A stretch of DNA of 64,000 bases. Origin: Ostrea edulis. Its lineage: Eukaryota. Where the stretch lies: assembly GCF_947568905.1 (NCBI RefSeq), contig NC_079171.1, positions 71,362,001 to 71,426,000 of the forward strand, given 5' to 3'. The translations under genes and the position numbers were made by a program. The stretch's first letter is position 1. Each line of letters starts with the position of its first letter. Shown in pieces: positions 63,461 through 64,000 of this stretch. The notes under the pieces are model-generated. The model was not told where the DNA came from and did not search any database. It saw only the letters and a list, made by a program, of their open reading frames with translations.

Positions 63461-64000
63461 GCTATAATAATAATAAGAAGAATGATGATACTAGTAATAT
63501 TTATTTATATAGCGTCCTATATGACTATAAATAACCACTCTAAAGCGCTGCACACAATAAAAATGATACAACATGTTATAAAAGTAGTAAAAAGAAATTA
63601 TAGTAGCATTGAGACAGATAATATCAAAACAATGCTACCACAACATCTATATGAGTCAAACCTTCATTGATAATGCATTTATAAATCTGTCGACCCTGTA
63701 CGATTTTTATATAATTGACCTTTGTATGTGACCAGCTAGGTTAAGTTATTTACATCATATCATATCAAACTCCAAGGTTGATGCCTTCAACATACATATT
63801 CTTTATCGTAGTTTCCCTCCCATTTTACAAAAAAAAAACCGAATTGCTAAAAGGTCATTCTGAAGGCTTCCCATATTAATCCGACACAGGTACTAATACT
63901 CAACCAAGCAACTTTGTCGACAACTATTTGTCATCTTTTTGATATCAAGATGTTGAAATCATTCTAGAAATTGAAGTAATACCATATCAATAAAAACATG

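Noticed and set aside
352-63670. Most short ORFs in the supplied track, including 48319-48591 (IYIY) and the recurring MGLTAGVTG.. and MCQERS.. ORFs
   Set aside because: They are alternative-frame or antisense readings of repeats and microsatellites, or short ORFs with no recognisable domain.

Overview
AT-rich, repeat-dense animal genomic DNA, not prokaryotic. The repeat families look bivalve-like, but that is recognition rather than a database result. The only host gene I can support is a + strand, intron-rich extracellular-type leucine-rich-repeat (LRR) gene. Three of its exons are visible: two 72-nt single-LRR exons (27991-28062, 45329-45400) and a 173-nt LRR C-terminal cap exon (62698-62870). 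They splice in frame, and the ORF track largely misses them. The two LRR exons exist because of a head-to-tail tandem duplication (24508-41822 / 41823-60347) whose junction can be placed to the base, so about 17 kb of DNA was copied to add one 24-aa repeat. The region 2.3-24.5 kb is a mosaic of older duplicated blocks, including paralogs of the exon-upstream flank with no exon behind them. The rest is mobile DNA: about 30 fragments of a Penelope-like (Naiad-type) retroelement, a 350-bp retrozyme-like repeat carrying a minimal type I hammerhead ribozyme, a truncated Gypsy element, a solo LTR, a 5'-truncated L1/Tx1-like LINE, hAT- and pogo-type MITEs, several minisatellites, and an unusual 3.1-kb element with an intact SGNH hydrolase ORF. 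I found no rRNA, tRNA or CRISPR array. Coordinates were counted by hand. Exon, target-site duplication (TSD), ribozyme and junction positions are base-level; boundaries of degenerate repeats are approximate (tens of bp).
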